This document shows, in pieces, positions 39,982 through 54,066 of a stretch of 64,000 nucleotides of DNA (within the stretch, counting starts at the first letter, position 1; each line of letters begins with the position of its first letter). This DNA comes from Octopus vulgaris. Lineage: Eukaryota. Position numbers and translations under genes: made by a program. The notes under the pieces were generated by a model, which saw only the letters and a list, made by a program, of their open reading frames with translations, was not told the DNA's origin and did not search any database. The stretch lies in NCBI GenBank assembly GCA_951406725.2, contig OX597817.1, positions 141,608,001-141,672,000 on the forward strand, read 5' to 3'.

Positions 39982-40175
39982 CGATGTGGTACTGAAATGT
40001 TCCTGGCTTTGGGTAAAAGAAAATACAGGAGGATGCGTTAATCATGATTTTATTGAACAAATTTCATTCTTAGCTTCACACACTTATTGCAGCAACCCTT
40101 CTGTTTTTCTCGGAAAGCAGGGCCTCTAGCCAGGCCTTTCGAGATAACCTTAAAACCAGGAACTCTTAGTCGTAT
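39982..40175. mobile_element. Possible degenerate mariner-type MITE
   Basis: Weak inverted ends aatgttcctggctttggg / cttaaaaccaggaactctt. Confidence 0.3.
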
Positions 40176-40635
40176 AGTGATATCTCACCCTTTCGCTCTC
40201 TATCCTTTTATTTATCTATCTATATGCCTCTCTTTCTATCACTCTATGTATATCTCTACCTACCTATCTATCTACCTATCTATACATATATGTGTGTATG
40301 AACAAGGATACATGCGTATGTACAATATTCGCGTCATGTATGGAACCCCTTAGTTATGCATATCTCGACAGGAAACTCCCTTACATGGTTATATATTATG
40401 TGTCTTATAATGCTTAAAAATTAATCTGCTTAATTGGACACATTAATGCCATAATGAGAATCATGAAAGTCTTCGTTGTTACTTAACCAGTTAATGCGTA
40501 TCTCACTTAAAACAGAACAACCGGAATACTAAATATCAAAGTGTCTTTTTTCTCCGTAGGGTATACTTTAATACGAGAAACTAATGTTAAAATTCCTTAT
40601 AAGCAATAATAACGAACTCTTAATTCACTCCCCGT

Positions 40636-40922
40636 GGAGGTACATGGCCTAGTGGTTAGAGCAGCGGAGTCGCGGTCGAGGGCTCACGGGTTCGAATCTC
40701 AGACCGGGCGATATATGTGTTATGAGCGAAACTCCTAAGCTCCATGCAGCTCCGGCAGAAGGCAGTGGCGAACCTCTGCTGACTCTTTCGTCACAACTTT
40801 CTCTCACTCTTTCCTCCTGCATCTTGCAGCTCACCTGCGACGGACCGGCGGGGAACCTATACGCTAAGGAAACCGGGAAACCGGCCCTTATAAGCCAGGC
40901 GTGGCTCGAGAAGGAACAAACA
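40636..40922 (+). mobile_element. SINE-C (tRNA-derived) with clear A and B boxes
   Basis: tggcctagtggttagagc (A box), gggttcgaatctc (B box); ends aacaaacaacagcaaaa. Confidence 0.75.
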
Positions 40923-42036
40923 ACAGCAAAAATTCACTCCCTGGAAATACTTTGAAGTTAGATGTAATATATATATATATATACTTCATATAGTTTTCAA
41001 AGTGACATACAGTAACGGATCTAAAAATAGAAATATTATTTCTAAATTTCTCAAAAGAGACATTCAGTAACAGTTCTTTAAAGAAAAGGCTATTTGCCAA
41101 CATAATATGGCTGTCTTGGAAGGGGCAATTGTCACAGTTGTTTTAATCCCAAGAAACATCGTTTCTGGCTGGCTAGGTGGGAGCGCTGAACTCCCTGTCC
41201 GAAAATATAAGGGCATCAGTATTTCGCTTGCTGCTAGAACGATGTCTCTTGGGGCTAAAACAACAGTAACATCGTCCCTTCCAGGATAGCCACATTATGT
41301 TGGTAAATGATCTTTTTATATACTTCATCTTAACAGCAAATTAGCAACTAATTCGTAAAAAATAATTATAGGGGTGTATGGAAGTTCTCTATAAAAAAAC
41401 TAATCATACTATTGAAGAGAGGATATATGGTATGTTAGAAGAGGGCAACTACAAAACAGTAATTTTATAAGGCAATTAAAATGCCATATAAGATAATAAA
41501 GTGGAGATGGTAGACAGTAAGAAAATTGAGATATGTCCGGTTCTAGCCAGAGACAAGATGAGATTGTGGAATATAAATGTAATAGACGTTCCTGTGATGC
41601 ATTGTTACCTAAAAGTCTGAATGGTATTGGAACTGCGACTTGCATTGTAGACCTGTAAGAATCCGTATTTTCTCATTCTACAAATATTCTGTTGGAAAAA
41701 TTCCTTAACGTTAAGTCTTCTACAAGGTAGAAAGCAATTTCATATTAATAGATTCGAGGGTAATCCGATTCTGTAGTTTTCAGTAAGCGATTAATTTTAC
41801 CTTGCGTCGACAACGCTGGTATTAAAGATGAATGCGTTATTCTTAATACATTTTTCTATTGTTTGGGGTAAGACATTGGGTTTATCCTGAAATTTTGAAT
41901 TTATTGGTCACAAATAAGTTTGAATAAATTTATCCTTTCATGCCTTCAAACACATTTCCTTTTCTTTTGCTGTCTTCTCCATTTTCGACGTCACATGAGG
42001 GCTTCGGTTGTATTGTTTTATTTCTTTTTTCCTATA

Positions 42037-42365
42037 AGGTGGCGAGCTGGCAGAAATAATTAGCACGCCGGACGAAATGCTTATCAGTATTTCGCTTCCT
42101 GCTACGTTCTGTGTTCAAATTCCGCCGATGTCGACTTTGACTTTCAACCTTTAGGTGTCGATTAATTAAGTACCAATTGCGTACTGGGATCGATCTAATC
42201 GACTGGTCCCACTCCTAAAATTTCGGGCCTTGTACCTAGAGTAGAAAAGAATCGTTAGTATGCGGAGCAAAATGCGTAGCCGTATTTTGTCTGCCTTTAC
42301 GTTCTGAGTTCAAATTCCGCCGAAGTCGACCTCGCCTTTCATCCTTTCGGGGTCGATAAATTAAG
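42037..42365 (+). mobile_element. Two tandem SINE-B units
   Basis: gttcaaattccgccga..gtcgac motif at ~42112 and ~42308. Confidence 0.8.
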
Positions 42366-43359
42366 CACTTCGCCGAAATAAGATTCTTTTTTAATTACTT
42401 GAATATGTTTCGCATGTTAATTCCCACTCAATAATTATTTTCTCCTACCAAAATATATTTTCTTACAATTTTTGATGCGTTTTATATTTGCACCAGGTTT
42501 TAGCTCTGTGCACGGAACTAATATCTTTCCCTATTCTTTTTGAATATTAATTCTATTTTTCCCTAATCGAAAAAGGGATTGAATTGAATTACATTTTATC
42601 TGAGATTAACATTTTTCTCTTGTAGGCGCGATGATAACTTACTCGTTTTGAAACCACAACGTGTCTTTTCGTTATCTTTAGCAGAGCTTGTTATACTGCG
42701 AACATTCGTCAGCGTCCGACGATTTGAAAGGAATATATTTAAGGGCTTCCATACCTTTCTGAACTGAGAGCTACAAAAGAGCATATTCTCCGCAGGATTC
42801 ATTCAGTTCAATAGACAACTCAGTCTACTTAAGGCATCATTACTAATTGTTTCTGGTACTTTGGTTCATTACCCTTGAAGGATGAAACGCAAGCTTTGCG
42901 ACGGAATTTGAGCTTAGATCATAAGGAAAGATCAAAGATTGTAAGAAAGGTCCTTGGTATCTTAGTAAATAAAAGGAAAATGTAAACTAAGCTCATAGAC
43001 TTTGCCATAGTTAGGGATGCATGAGTGAGAAAGAACTGGAAAAGGTAGAAAAATATAGGTTACTAAAAGACGAAAGTACTAGGCTGTGGGCAATGTGAAA
43101 AGTAAGTGTTATCCCAGCAGATGTAGGGTTAACCGGATAATTAACAAACAGCATGAGGGCAGAGCATGCCCAAGAAATTTCTCTATTGGGGACATCTAGG
43201 ATTTTGTGATTGGTCCTTGGGTGTTGAGTATGCTCCATGAAACTTAACGCCTAAGTAGCAAGTGTTAAAATGAGTCGAAAGAGAAACTGTGAGACCTTTG
43301 ACAACAATATGCTGTCCGCTCTCACAGAATTAACACACAGAGCAAATAAGATCTTATGA

Positions 43360-43630
43360 CGATGGTGATAATGAGGATGATGATGAGGAGGAGGAGAAAG
43401 ATGAGGAGGAGGAGGGGAGAAAGATGAGGAGGAGGGTAATGATGGCGTGGAAAATGAGAAATGAAGTGGTTAAGGATAATGATGATGGTGATGATGATGA
43501 CGATGACGATGACAACGACGACGACGATGATGATGACGATGTTGATGATGATGATGATGATGATGACGACGACGACGACGACGACGGTTGTGGTGGTGGT
43601 GGTGGCGGTTATGGTGATGGTGGTGATGGA
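43360..43630. repeat. (GAT/GAC/GGT/GAG)n triplet tract
   Basis: Direct inspection; a similar tract lies at 45175-45355. Confidence 0.9.
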
Positions 43631-43939
43631 GAGGTGGATAAGGAGAATGTGAAAAGTGAAGGGTAGGCGAACAGGCCTTGATGAAGTAGGAGGAGAAATA
43701 GTTCAAGGAGAAGGAATAGAGGAGGAGGAGGAGGGGGATTAGAGGGAGAGAGGTTGCAAGAGGAGGGAAGTAAAGGAGACGGAAGGGGAGGTGATGGGGA
43801 GCAAGCAGGAGAGGGAGGGGGAAGAGTAACAAAAACAACACTTCGTTGTTAACAGTCACAATAATCATCGTAATATATAGATATTAACTAGTATTTACAA
43901 ATCCTGCTTTGTTATTCGTGTTAATCTGCTAGCATTATA

Positions 43940-44507
43940 CGAGGCTGAGTAAAAAAGTAATGCCATTTTGTTTAGGACAGGTATAATTACCAGCATAGGA
44001 ACATGTATCATACATCAAAATGAAGTTGGTTCTCTGTGGATCACATCCGTACTTCTCAACATAGTCACCGTTTCTATCAATAGCAATGTTCCACCTTCGA
44101 ATGAGAGCATGTATCCCTGCCCCGTAAAATTCTGTTGACTGTTCTTTGAGCCACTTCTCCACTACAGTTTTCACATCCTCGTCACTGAAATAATTTAGCG
44201 CCTTCAGACTATCATCTCTTCGGCCTCATAAAAGAGGGTTTGAGAGGCAAACATTATTCCAGTGACGAGGAAGTGAAAACTGTAGTGAAAAAATGGCTCA
44301 AAGAACGGTCAACAGAATTTTATGGGGCAGGGATACATGCTCTCATTCGAAGGTGAAACATTGCTATTGAGAGAAACGGTGACTATGTTGAGAAGTAGGG
44401 ATGTGATCCACAGAGGAACAAATTCATTTTGATGAATGATACATGTTCCTGTGTTGGTAATTATACCTGTCCTAAACAAAATGGCATTACGCTTTGACTC
44501 ACCCTCG
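43940..44507. mobile_element. Mariner-derived fold-back MITE (568 bp) made of two inverted 3' ends
   Basis: TA at 43938-43939 and 44508-44509; ~255-bp arms each encoding the transposase C-terminus (..SDEEVKTVVKKWLKE..FYGAGIHALIRRWNIAI.RNGDYVEK). Confidence 0.9.
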
Positions 44508-44929
44508 TATTAAACAGTTTATATTTCATCTATGCTTCAATCCGAGCAGCTAAACGTAGAGACGACATCAGCTGAATTTGATCTCATATATTTCATGCGT
44601 TCAGAGCAGATAAATTTGTAAGTCGATACCTGTGGTGCATTGGAATCAATGATGGCGTTTATATCTTTGTCGACAACAATTGACCCAGTGCCAAAGTTTG
44701 AGGCGATTATTAATATCATAACACAGGCTTCAAATTATGAGGGTTTGAACGTTAGCGGAAAATTGTCTATTTTTGTTGAGTTAAACTAGAATTACAGGTC
44801 AGAAGAAATAATAATATATCTTGATTACTTTGATCAATAACAGGCAACATGTCAAGTCTACTATTTAATGAGAAGATCAATCAGAGTTAATGCAAGAACT
44901 AACGTTTGCTGTTGTGGATGCATTTAAAT

Positions 44930-44972
<43 letters not shown>

Positions 44973-45051
44973 ATGTATGTATGTATGTATGTATGTATGT
45001 ATGTATGTATGTATGTATGTATGTATGTGTGTGTGTATGTATGTATGTATG

Positions 45052-45086
<35 letters not shown>

Positions 45087-45514
45087 GTGTGTATGTATGT
45101 ATATATATATACAAATTCTCAAATTCTCATACAGAAGAACAAGCCTCCCCATCAAATGGATATTGACAAGTGAGATATGATGATGAGGAGGAAGAGGGGG
45201 AGGAGGAAGTGGACGACGGAGAGGATAGTGATGATGGCGCTGCTGCTGATTCTGATCATGATGATGAAGAGGAGGAGGACGACGACGACGATGTGGATGA
45301 TGATGATGGTGTTGCTGAAGATGATGATGATGATGAGGAGGAGGAGGAGGAGGGGAGGGTGGTGCTGACAATGATGAATAAGACGTTGATTATTATTATA
45401 TATATATTATTAAGATTATGAAGCGACGAGGAGGTGTGTAGTAGAAAGGACGGGTAATTGACGGAAAGAAACGGAAGAATTTCCATCAAAGATTGATGAT
45501 TTCTCAAAAGTATC

Positions 45515-45558
<44 letters not shown>

Positions 45559-45807
45559 GTATGTATGTATATAAAGACAGATATATCTTTTCCTTCCCTC
45601 TGCGTATCTAAAGTGTGTGAGATTTTTTGTGTACGTGCTAAACGTGTAGCAAAGCGCTGCCAAATCTGTAAAGCTGAAAATGTGGGCTGCTTAAACCAAT
45701 AGACATTTTTCAAATATACACCCAAGTTTGATTTATTGGGCAAAAACTCATGCAGACATCTACATATATACACATACATACATACATACATACATACATA
45801 CATACAT

Positions 45808-45877
<70 letters not shown>

Positions 45878-46158
45878 GCATACACACATATATCGTATAT
45901 GCATAGATATTATCTGACACACAGCCATATATCACTATCTACCTATGTATCTGTACTCCATACTTGTTTTTTTAGTTTGTTTATGTATGCGTTTTTATCG
46001 AACATATATGCCAAAGACTATTTTTAAGCTGTGCACTGTTGGCTCTGCTGTGTAATATTTTATACAGACATGGACGTGGTTTACTCTACAATTGATTAAA
46101 AGTGACCTTTATGTATATCGCTATTTCTACTTTACACTATGTACTTTTAGCCTAATCC

Positions 46159-46260
<102 letters not shown>

Positions 46261-46311
46261 ATATCTATCTATATATATATATATATGTATATATCTATAT
46301 CTATATCTATC

Positions 46312-46365
<54 letters not shown>

Positions 46366-46938
46366 TGTATGTATGTATGTATGTATGTATGTGTGTGTGT
46401 ATGTATGTATGTATGTATGTATGTATGTATGTATGTATGTATGTGTGTATGATTGTATGTATGTATGTATGTATGTATGTATATGTACCAACATTTACAA
46501 GGAAAAGTTTAATAGTAATTTGGAATTCGTCTCTTGCAGATCAGCATTAAAATGATGACAGTGAACAAAATCCGAAACTTCGATGTCATTGTTAACTTTC
46601 TCCTTGTAAAAGTTTATTAAAATGTATACTGCTACAAAGTATTGAATAATGCTTGCGTTTAATGTCTTTTTTTTTATATATTATAACTTGACATAAAAAC
46701 AAGCGTTACCAAAAACATATATAGACACATATATGAATGCTTATATCTTTTACTTGTTTCAGACATTTTTCTGCCTGCGTCCAATACATGCACACACACA
46801 CAAACACACATATATGAGAATAAGTATATAAATGTGAAACAATGTGGTAAAAATAGTATTTGCATATATGTATGTTTTGTCTGTATTTGTATATGTATGT
46901 AGACATGTACCAACATATGTGTGTTTAGTGAGTATATA

Positions 46939-47590
46939 CAGGAGTTCGACAAAATAATGGAAACCCCTTAAAATTTCAAACAATATGGAGTAGGATCGTC
47001 TTCGGCAATAATTACAGCTTCAATTCTACCAGGTGTGGAATCGTACAAAATTTCAATTCTTTCTTCAGTTAAAACAGTCTCCAGTTCCAGTAGTGATGAT
47101 TGTGGAGGATATAGACTCCTTACTTGTTTTTCTAAAATACACCATAAATGTTCAATAATACTGGGATCTGGGAACTATGGTGGCCAGATAAGATGGAATA
47201 TTCGTCGTGCCATTCAGTAACAGCCTTAACTGTGTGAATTGGTGCCTTCCTGAAAGATTCCGTTTCCCTCCGGAAACAGTTCCGCAAGCATAAGATAAAT
47301 TTGATCAGATAAAATGCTTAAATAGTCTTGTCTATTAATTCTGCCATAAAGCGAAATAATTGGGCCGGCGGATTTCCAAGTTATAGCCCCTTCTCCAGAT
47401 CATCACAGTTCCTCCTTCATGTTAAACAGTTGGAAGAAGGCAGTCTGAGTCAAATGCTTCTTTTGGCTGTCTCCACGCGTAGTTGGCTGGTGGTTGGAAA
47501 TAGGGTAAAGGGTGACTCGTCCGAGAAAATATTCTTCCACTGCTTAAGTGTCCAATTCCGCTATTTCTAGCATGGTGGTATCTCTTAGAT
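46939..47590 (-). mobile_element. Tc1-like transposon 3' fragment
   Basis: TA-caggagttcgacaaaataatggaaac terminus; minus-strand FSDESPF, TVKHEG, WPP*FPDPSIIEHLW. Confidence 0.75.
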
Positions 47591-47625
47591 ACCCTTAATG
47601 ATAATTATATATATACCCTTAATTA

Positions 47626-47679
<54 letters not shown>

Positions 47680-48286
47680 AATTGAGATAGGGGTTGTAAA
47701 TGCAACCCTCCATGGGATAATATATATCCAATATACTGCTAGTGAAGTACGCAACAAAGTTAATACATAAATGTTAATGATTGCGATGCAATCAATTCAT
47801 TTACTGTATTATATGGACAAAGGTAAAATGATTTACCACAAATTACTAATACAAAATAAGAAAATGGAGAAATACATCTAAATCAAATATCAATTACCAG
47901 ATAATACTCAATCACATACTTTATTAAACCACCACATAAGAGACTGTAGGGTTAAATATAAAAAGCAGAACAAGACAGTGCACATAAAGGAATGTACATA
48001 AAAAAGTGTACATAAAAGGGTAATGTTGTATAATAAGTAGAATATATATAAATAAGAAATATAAGTAAATATAAATATAAGTATAGATTACATCTTACAG
48101 CTGTTTCGGCCATGTAGATAAGTATGTCTCATTTGACCAATATTAGCCCTTTATGGTTGGTCTGTTCTGCTTTTTATATTTAACCCTACAGTCTCTTATG
48201 TGGTGGTTTAATAAAGTATGTGATTGAGTATTATCTGGTAATTGATATTTGATTTAGATGTATTTCTCCATTTTCTTATCTTGTAT
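47680..48286. mobile_element. Shorter relative of the 32960-35830 element, with inverted arms 47849-47976 / 48160-48286
   Basis: Same start (tgagataggggttg..caaccc.ccatgggataatatatatccaatatactgctag), half hammerhead gccgaaacagctgta on -, (TA)n on both sides. Confidence 0.8.
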
Positions 48287-49338
48287 ATATATATATATAT
48301 ATATATTTCTACACCATGTGCTGTGTTTTTGGCGCAAAACAAAACCAGTACAATAACAGAATACGACGTGACGGTCGTGATTTTTTACTAGGTAGTCAAC
48401 ACTGAAGAGACTCAAGGATTGCAGTTCCAAAAGCCGAAACTCGGATATGTGGATGTCCTAAACTGCACAATCTTTCATAGTTGTACATTTGAATGTATGA
48501 ATTCTTTCCGTTTCTTCGCCTACTGTTATTACTCTGTTATCTTGGTAATTTATGGTGGTTTAATTAAGACTTTAGCTCTTATTTCTAGCATGTTGATGAT
48601 TTCTGCATCCTTACGCTTCGTACTAATTTGTAATTTATATATTTCGTTTTTTTATGTATTAATAATATTGTGTAGTGCGTGTGTTAATAATATTGGCATG
48701 AAGTATCTCCCTAGAAACAACAAAATGTATGTGTGTGTGCAGCTAATCTTGTACAGATGCTAATATTTATATGCTGCTACGCCTTAGCCTTCCATAAGCG
48801 TTACCTGCAAACTGAAGTGAAAAAAAAATAGAAATATTTAACTGGAAAAATTATATATATGTAAAAAAACATTGGTAAAAATTGGAACAACTGGAATAAT
48901 CAAAGGCAGGAATAAAAATGTAAATTATTTGCAACGTAAAGATTAAAATGAAGATATTCCATTTTACATATGTTGAATACTTTCCCATATATAATATCTA
49001 AAAATCAGAATGTATACCTTCGTAATATTTATTATATGACTCATGTTTCTGATCACATACATATAATTTTCTTTTCTCTTTCTAAAATATATATTTTGCG
49101 CCACATATGAGAAAATCAAATTCGCAAATTTTTGAGGAATAAATTATATCGTGTACATAGATATGAATACAATCCTATAGTTTATATATACGTATGTATA
49201 TGCTTATATCTATGTATAAATATTCAGAGTAATTTGAAAATTTTTACATCTCCATTATTATGTATCTCTGTTTCTGGCCAACCAGCCATACGAATATCCA
49301 CAAAATACACATGTATGACCATACCGCGCCTCTTAATG

Positions 49339-49425
<87 letters not shown>

Positions 49426-49823
49426 ATGTATGTATGTATGTATGTATGTATGTATGTGTGTATATGTATGTATGTATAAGTATATATAGCAAATGATAGG
49501 CAGAAAATGGAATATACGAGAATATACTCTTAATCAGGACAATTGTTTCGACACATCTAGCATCGATTCCTCTTGGCTGGGACACAGAACAACTTGTTTA
49601 CGAGCATCCAGTGGTGCAGATGTATCTCGTCGGGTGATAAATAAATAAATACATACAACTCTTTAAAACAGCTGTTCCGCAATCTAACTTACTGTTTTGT
49701 AGAGAGAAAAATTACCACACTGAGGAAATATCCTCTTATACATAGAAGATCTAAAATAAAATCGCAGATCACAAAAAGGGAAACTATATACGTATATATA
49801 TAAAACTACTATATATACGTATA

Positions 49824-49866
<43 letters not shown>

Positions 49867-50022
49867 TCATGTATGTTGATACACACACGCACACATACAT
49901 ATGCACACACACACACACTCATACACATATGTATGTATATAGCCATATATAGATTGAAAGATAAATAGATAGATAGATGCACCCAATCATTTAACAATTG
50001 GTGTTAGTACACATATATAAAT

Positions 50023-50146
<124 letters not shown>

Positions 50147-50283
50147 TTTAAGTTCACCAAAAATTTAGATTCAGATGAATATGGTACTTAAGTTAAAGGC
50201 ACCAGAATTTGGTATGGTATTATTCATATCAATAAAATGGGGTGATTATAATCAAAATAAGCTACAAGGATATCCAAAGATAG

Positions 50284-50369
50284 TTAGTACAATCGTTTCA
50301 CGCTACTTCATTTAATTAAAGAATGTAAGTATTTCACCAGTTGTAAAATGTAGAGCACTCATCAGCCAC
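50284..50369 (-). ncRNA. Type-I hammerhead ribozyme motif
   Basis: Reverse complement gtgg-CTGATGA-gtg...cgt-GAAA-cgattg-TA-ctaa. Confidence 0.6.
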
Positions 50370-50415
50370 ATATAGAACTGAACATTGTCAATTAAATTAA
50401 AAAAATATTCCATTT

Positions 50416-50501
50416 GTGGCTGATGAGTGGTCTAAATATTAAAACGGATGTAATACTTACATTGTTTAATTAAATAAAGTAGCATGAAACGATTGTACTA
50501 C
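50416..50501 (+). ncRNA. Type-I hammerhead ribozyme motif
   Basis: gtgg-CTGATGA-gtg...cat-GAAA-cgattg-TA-ctac. Confidence 0.7.
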
Positions 50502-50535
50502 ACTACCTTTGGATATCCTTGTTGTTTATTTTGAT

Positions 50536-50646
<111 letters not shown>

Positions 50647-50647
50647 A

Positions 50648-50697
<50 letters not shown>

Positions 50698-50996
50698 CAT
50701 ATATATAAATTCGTATGTAAATACGTAGCCATGTATATGGGTTAGGTTATGTGTGTATAATGCATGATGGTCTGTCTGTGTGCATTGTGATATCAAGTGT
50801 TAACTTTGAAATGTTAAGTGTAACACGCTAATATAAACTAGATTTATGTATTAAAACTTGAGATAAGTAGGCGCTAGTTAAATATTCTACTAACTGGCCC
50901 GACTTGTATGAACTGAGATACTTTAAATGATGTCTATATATGTCATCCCTACAGATACAATGTATACATGTGTCTGTATGTATGTATATATGTATG

Positions 50997-51030
<34 letters not shown>

Positions 51031-51142
51031 TGTATGTATGTATGTATGTATGTTTCTATCTATCTATCTATCGCCATATATATATATACATAATTATTAA
51101 CTCGAGCACACAAGCACACAAAAATATATATTCACATATATA

Positions 51143-51198
51143 GGCGCAGGAGTGACTGTGAAACGCAGGAGTAGCTGTGTGGCAAGAAGCTTGCTTCC
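51143..51198 (+). mobile_element. SINE-A 5' head (with partial duplication), split by ORF1-only element; left TSD 51184-51198
   Basis: cgcaggagtagctgtgtggc-aagaagcttgcttcc; the SINE resumes at 53635. Confidence 0.85.
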
Positions 51199-53634
51199 GG
51201 TTCCGGTCGTGGAGTTGACTTCTTGACACTGAACGATGAGGACGTGAGCTTTGAGCTCCGTCCTAAAAAGAAAAAATAACAAAAACAGAGAAGGTTGTCG
51301 AGGTAGGTGATTTTGTTTGTTGTGAGCTGGGCATAATTTATTACGTGCGAATCATTTTTTCAGTAAATTGTGCCCAGCTCTGGGACAATTTCGCCTGCTC
51401 TCAGCGGCTGCTGTTTTTGTGTATTAAGAATTTATTGGATTCATTTTTTCTGGGGCGTATCCTCGTCTTCGGTTTACGTTGAGTGAATATTTTCCTCACT
51501 TAATTATGAAAATTATTGCTTGTATTGTGCCTTTTGAAGAACTTTAATAATTGTGAGAACTGCTGTATGGGGGAGTGTTTTGCCTCCGAAGATTGAACAA
51601 TTTGTATATCAATTTTTGCGGAAGTTGTGTTCCAGTTGTGGCGTTCCGGGTTCAACCTAGGCCGGGAGTACCGAATGACGGGAAGATTTTTTTGCTGTGT
51701 TCCTGAACTATTGACTTTCTTCTAAACTTTATTTGACTTTCTCCTTTTTGTTTATTGTGACTTTCTTTTGATTTCTTTTTTCTTCTCGCTTTTTAAGTTT
51801 TATTTTGAATAAATTTAAAAAAAAAAAGAAACATGGCAATAAAAAATGACAAAATTTTGGAATGGGAGATCATACCGCCTAAAAAGTGGTTAAAAGACCG
51901 TGAAGATAGGACGGTGGTGTTGAGAACCTACTCCAAGGCACTCGACACCATCGCCCTATTCGAAAAGACGGCAATTGAAAAGGAGTTGGCAGAGTATTTG
52001 CCAACAATTAAATTCATTTCCAGGGGTGTCAGATGTGCAACGGTGTGGTTGCTATTTGACACCCCTGAAGAGGCTCGCAAATTTGTTAGTCAACCCCTGG
52101 AGGGTAAGGAAATTTTATTTCTTCCCACGTATCATGAGAAGAGGTTGGCGAAAGCTTGGATCTGCGGGCTGCCACCCGGAATAAAACCCGAATAGATAGA
52201 GGAGACTACCCGCCGGGGTTTGGGTGGCAGCGGGACCAAGCTTCTTAATGTGAAAGTTCTTCCTGCGGCTGTTTGGGTTGGGTCAAAAGCAATTTTGACC
52301 CTTTGGACTCAATCAGCCAATCTGGTTTTTCCAGATTTTTTGAAAATGGCCGGGTGCAGGTACCCGGTGATACTTGAGGGTCGCTCCCCCAGGTGTCATC
52401 GGTGCCTGGAGTCCGGCCATATAAAGAAAAACTGTCCCCGGGAACAAAATAAGATCCCGGGGCAGTTAAGTGTGACCCATGTAGCAGAGGGAATGAAGAC
52501 GGCCGAGGAAGCGGAGGACTCCTAAAATAGGGGCCGAAATTGGAAGAAGGTGAGCAACAATGGGTGCTCACCAAAGGATCCTAGGGATGAGGAGGGAAAG
52601 GCGAATCTTCCGGCCACGGAGGAGACGCATCCTCCCTCAGTTGAAAAGAAAAAAATGAGGAAGAGGAAGAGAAACGGGACATTGCCGGCAGTCGGTGACA
52701 TAGTACCGGAATGTACCGGAACTACGTCGGTTGGGGTTGTACCACCGACAGGAGAAGAAACACCGTTGGCGGGAACTGTGCCGCCAATGAAAGAATTGAA
52801 TATTCCGCCCCCTGGAAAAGACGATGTATTGATCTTCCATAGAGCCGGAGAGATTGAAAAGGTGATGGAAAAGCACCATAAGGGAGCACCTTCAGCCTTC
52901 ACACAGGACCCCGAATGGCCTCCGCAGATAGCTGTGGAGGCCACGACGTTCGACGTGACATTTGAGCTGGAGGAGCTCAATGAGGAATATCGCTTGTACC
53001 CGGGCAACGCTAACACGGAACTCGATGCGGTTTTGGAAGAAGCGTGGAGGATGGCAGAAGATTCGCGCACAAGTTATTTTGAGGATGAGTCATAAATTGT
53101 GGCACTGTGTGACACAAACATTTGATAATAGGCACTTCGCTTTCTTTCTGAACTCCCCGGCTGTCAACGTGGTCTGCTCTGCAGGCGGCTAGATATTTGA
53201 CTGGGTCCGGAAAGAGGAGGAAGGGAGAAGTGATAATGTATTTTTTATTTTTGATAGGACATGTTTAAATACGACTTGAGGGGCCCCGACGTAGAGCTGG
53301 CGTATTCCTAAGGGAAGTGTAGGCCAGGTCTGGGAGGAGGGGCTTTGTGTATTGTATTTATATTATATGTAATTATTGAACTATGTTGTTGTTTGTAATG
53401 GACTGTTAAGTCCAAAAATTGAAAAGTTGTAAAAGTTGTGAGAGGTTTAATACCTCGTTTTGTGTTTGGTTTTAAAGAACAATGTTTTAGAGAAGCAGAA
53501 GTCGGCGGGCGCTTTTTGTCTTCTCTCATCCTTATCATCTTTCTTTCATTATCATTCATTTCATTAATGTCCTCGTCCAGCCCGCAAACCTACTTTACTC
53601 TATGTACTGCCTTTATGGCAAATGTAATGAAATA
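51199..53634 (+). mobile_element. ORF1-only L1/Tx1-like (HAL1-like) non-autonomous retroelement, copy 2
   Basis: Degenerate 15-bp TSD aagaagcttgcttcc / aagaaacttgcatac (53635-53649); same architecture and 3' end as copy 1. Confidence 0.85.
51833..53095 (+). pseudogene. ORF1p-like protein, 420 codons in one frame with two premature stops
   Basis: ORF-track pieces 51833, 52220 and 52550 share one frame; stops at 52193-52195 and 52523-52525; CHRCLESGHIKKNC knuckle; KKKMRKRKR basic motif. Confidence 0.85.
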
Positions 53635-53789
53635 AAGAAACTTGCATACAAGCCACGTAGTGCCGCTTTCCATCCCACTGCGTAGCACCTTCGGCAAGTG
53701 TTTTCTACAATGGCCTCGGGCTGACCAAAGCCTTTTGAGTGAATTTGGCAGATGGAAACTGACAGAAGCCCGTCGTATGTATATATATA

Positions 53790-53848
<59 letters not shown>

Positions 53849-54066
53849 ATATGTATGTGTTTGTGTGTCTGTGATGTTCCCCTCTACCGTCGCTTGACAA
53901 TCGATGCTGGTGTGTTTACGTCCTCGTAACATAGCGTTTCGATAAAAGACGCAGTAGAATAAGTACTAGGCTTACAAACAATAAGTCCCAGGGTCTATTT
54001 GCTCACGTAAATGCAGGGCTGCAGCCTCACCACAGTCACATAACTGTAACAAATAAAAGTAAAAGA
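53635..54066 (+). mobile_element. SINE-A remainder after the insertion
   Basis: cccactgcgtagcaccttcggcaagtg...gaagcccgtcgta-(TA)n-3' module. Confidence 0.88.

Noticed and set aside
40636-40712. tRNA gene-like sequence
   Set aside because: Acceptor and anticodon stems do not close and it continues into a repeat body shared with 39618-39978, so it is a SINE head
43424-45421. Acidic poly-D/E ORFs (43424-43666, 45170-45421)
   Set aside because: Degenerate triplet repeats with no domain or splice support
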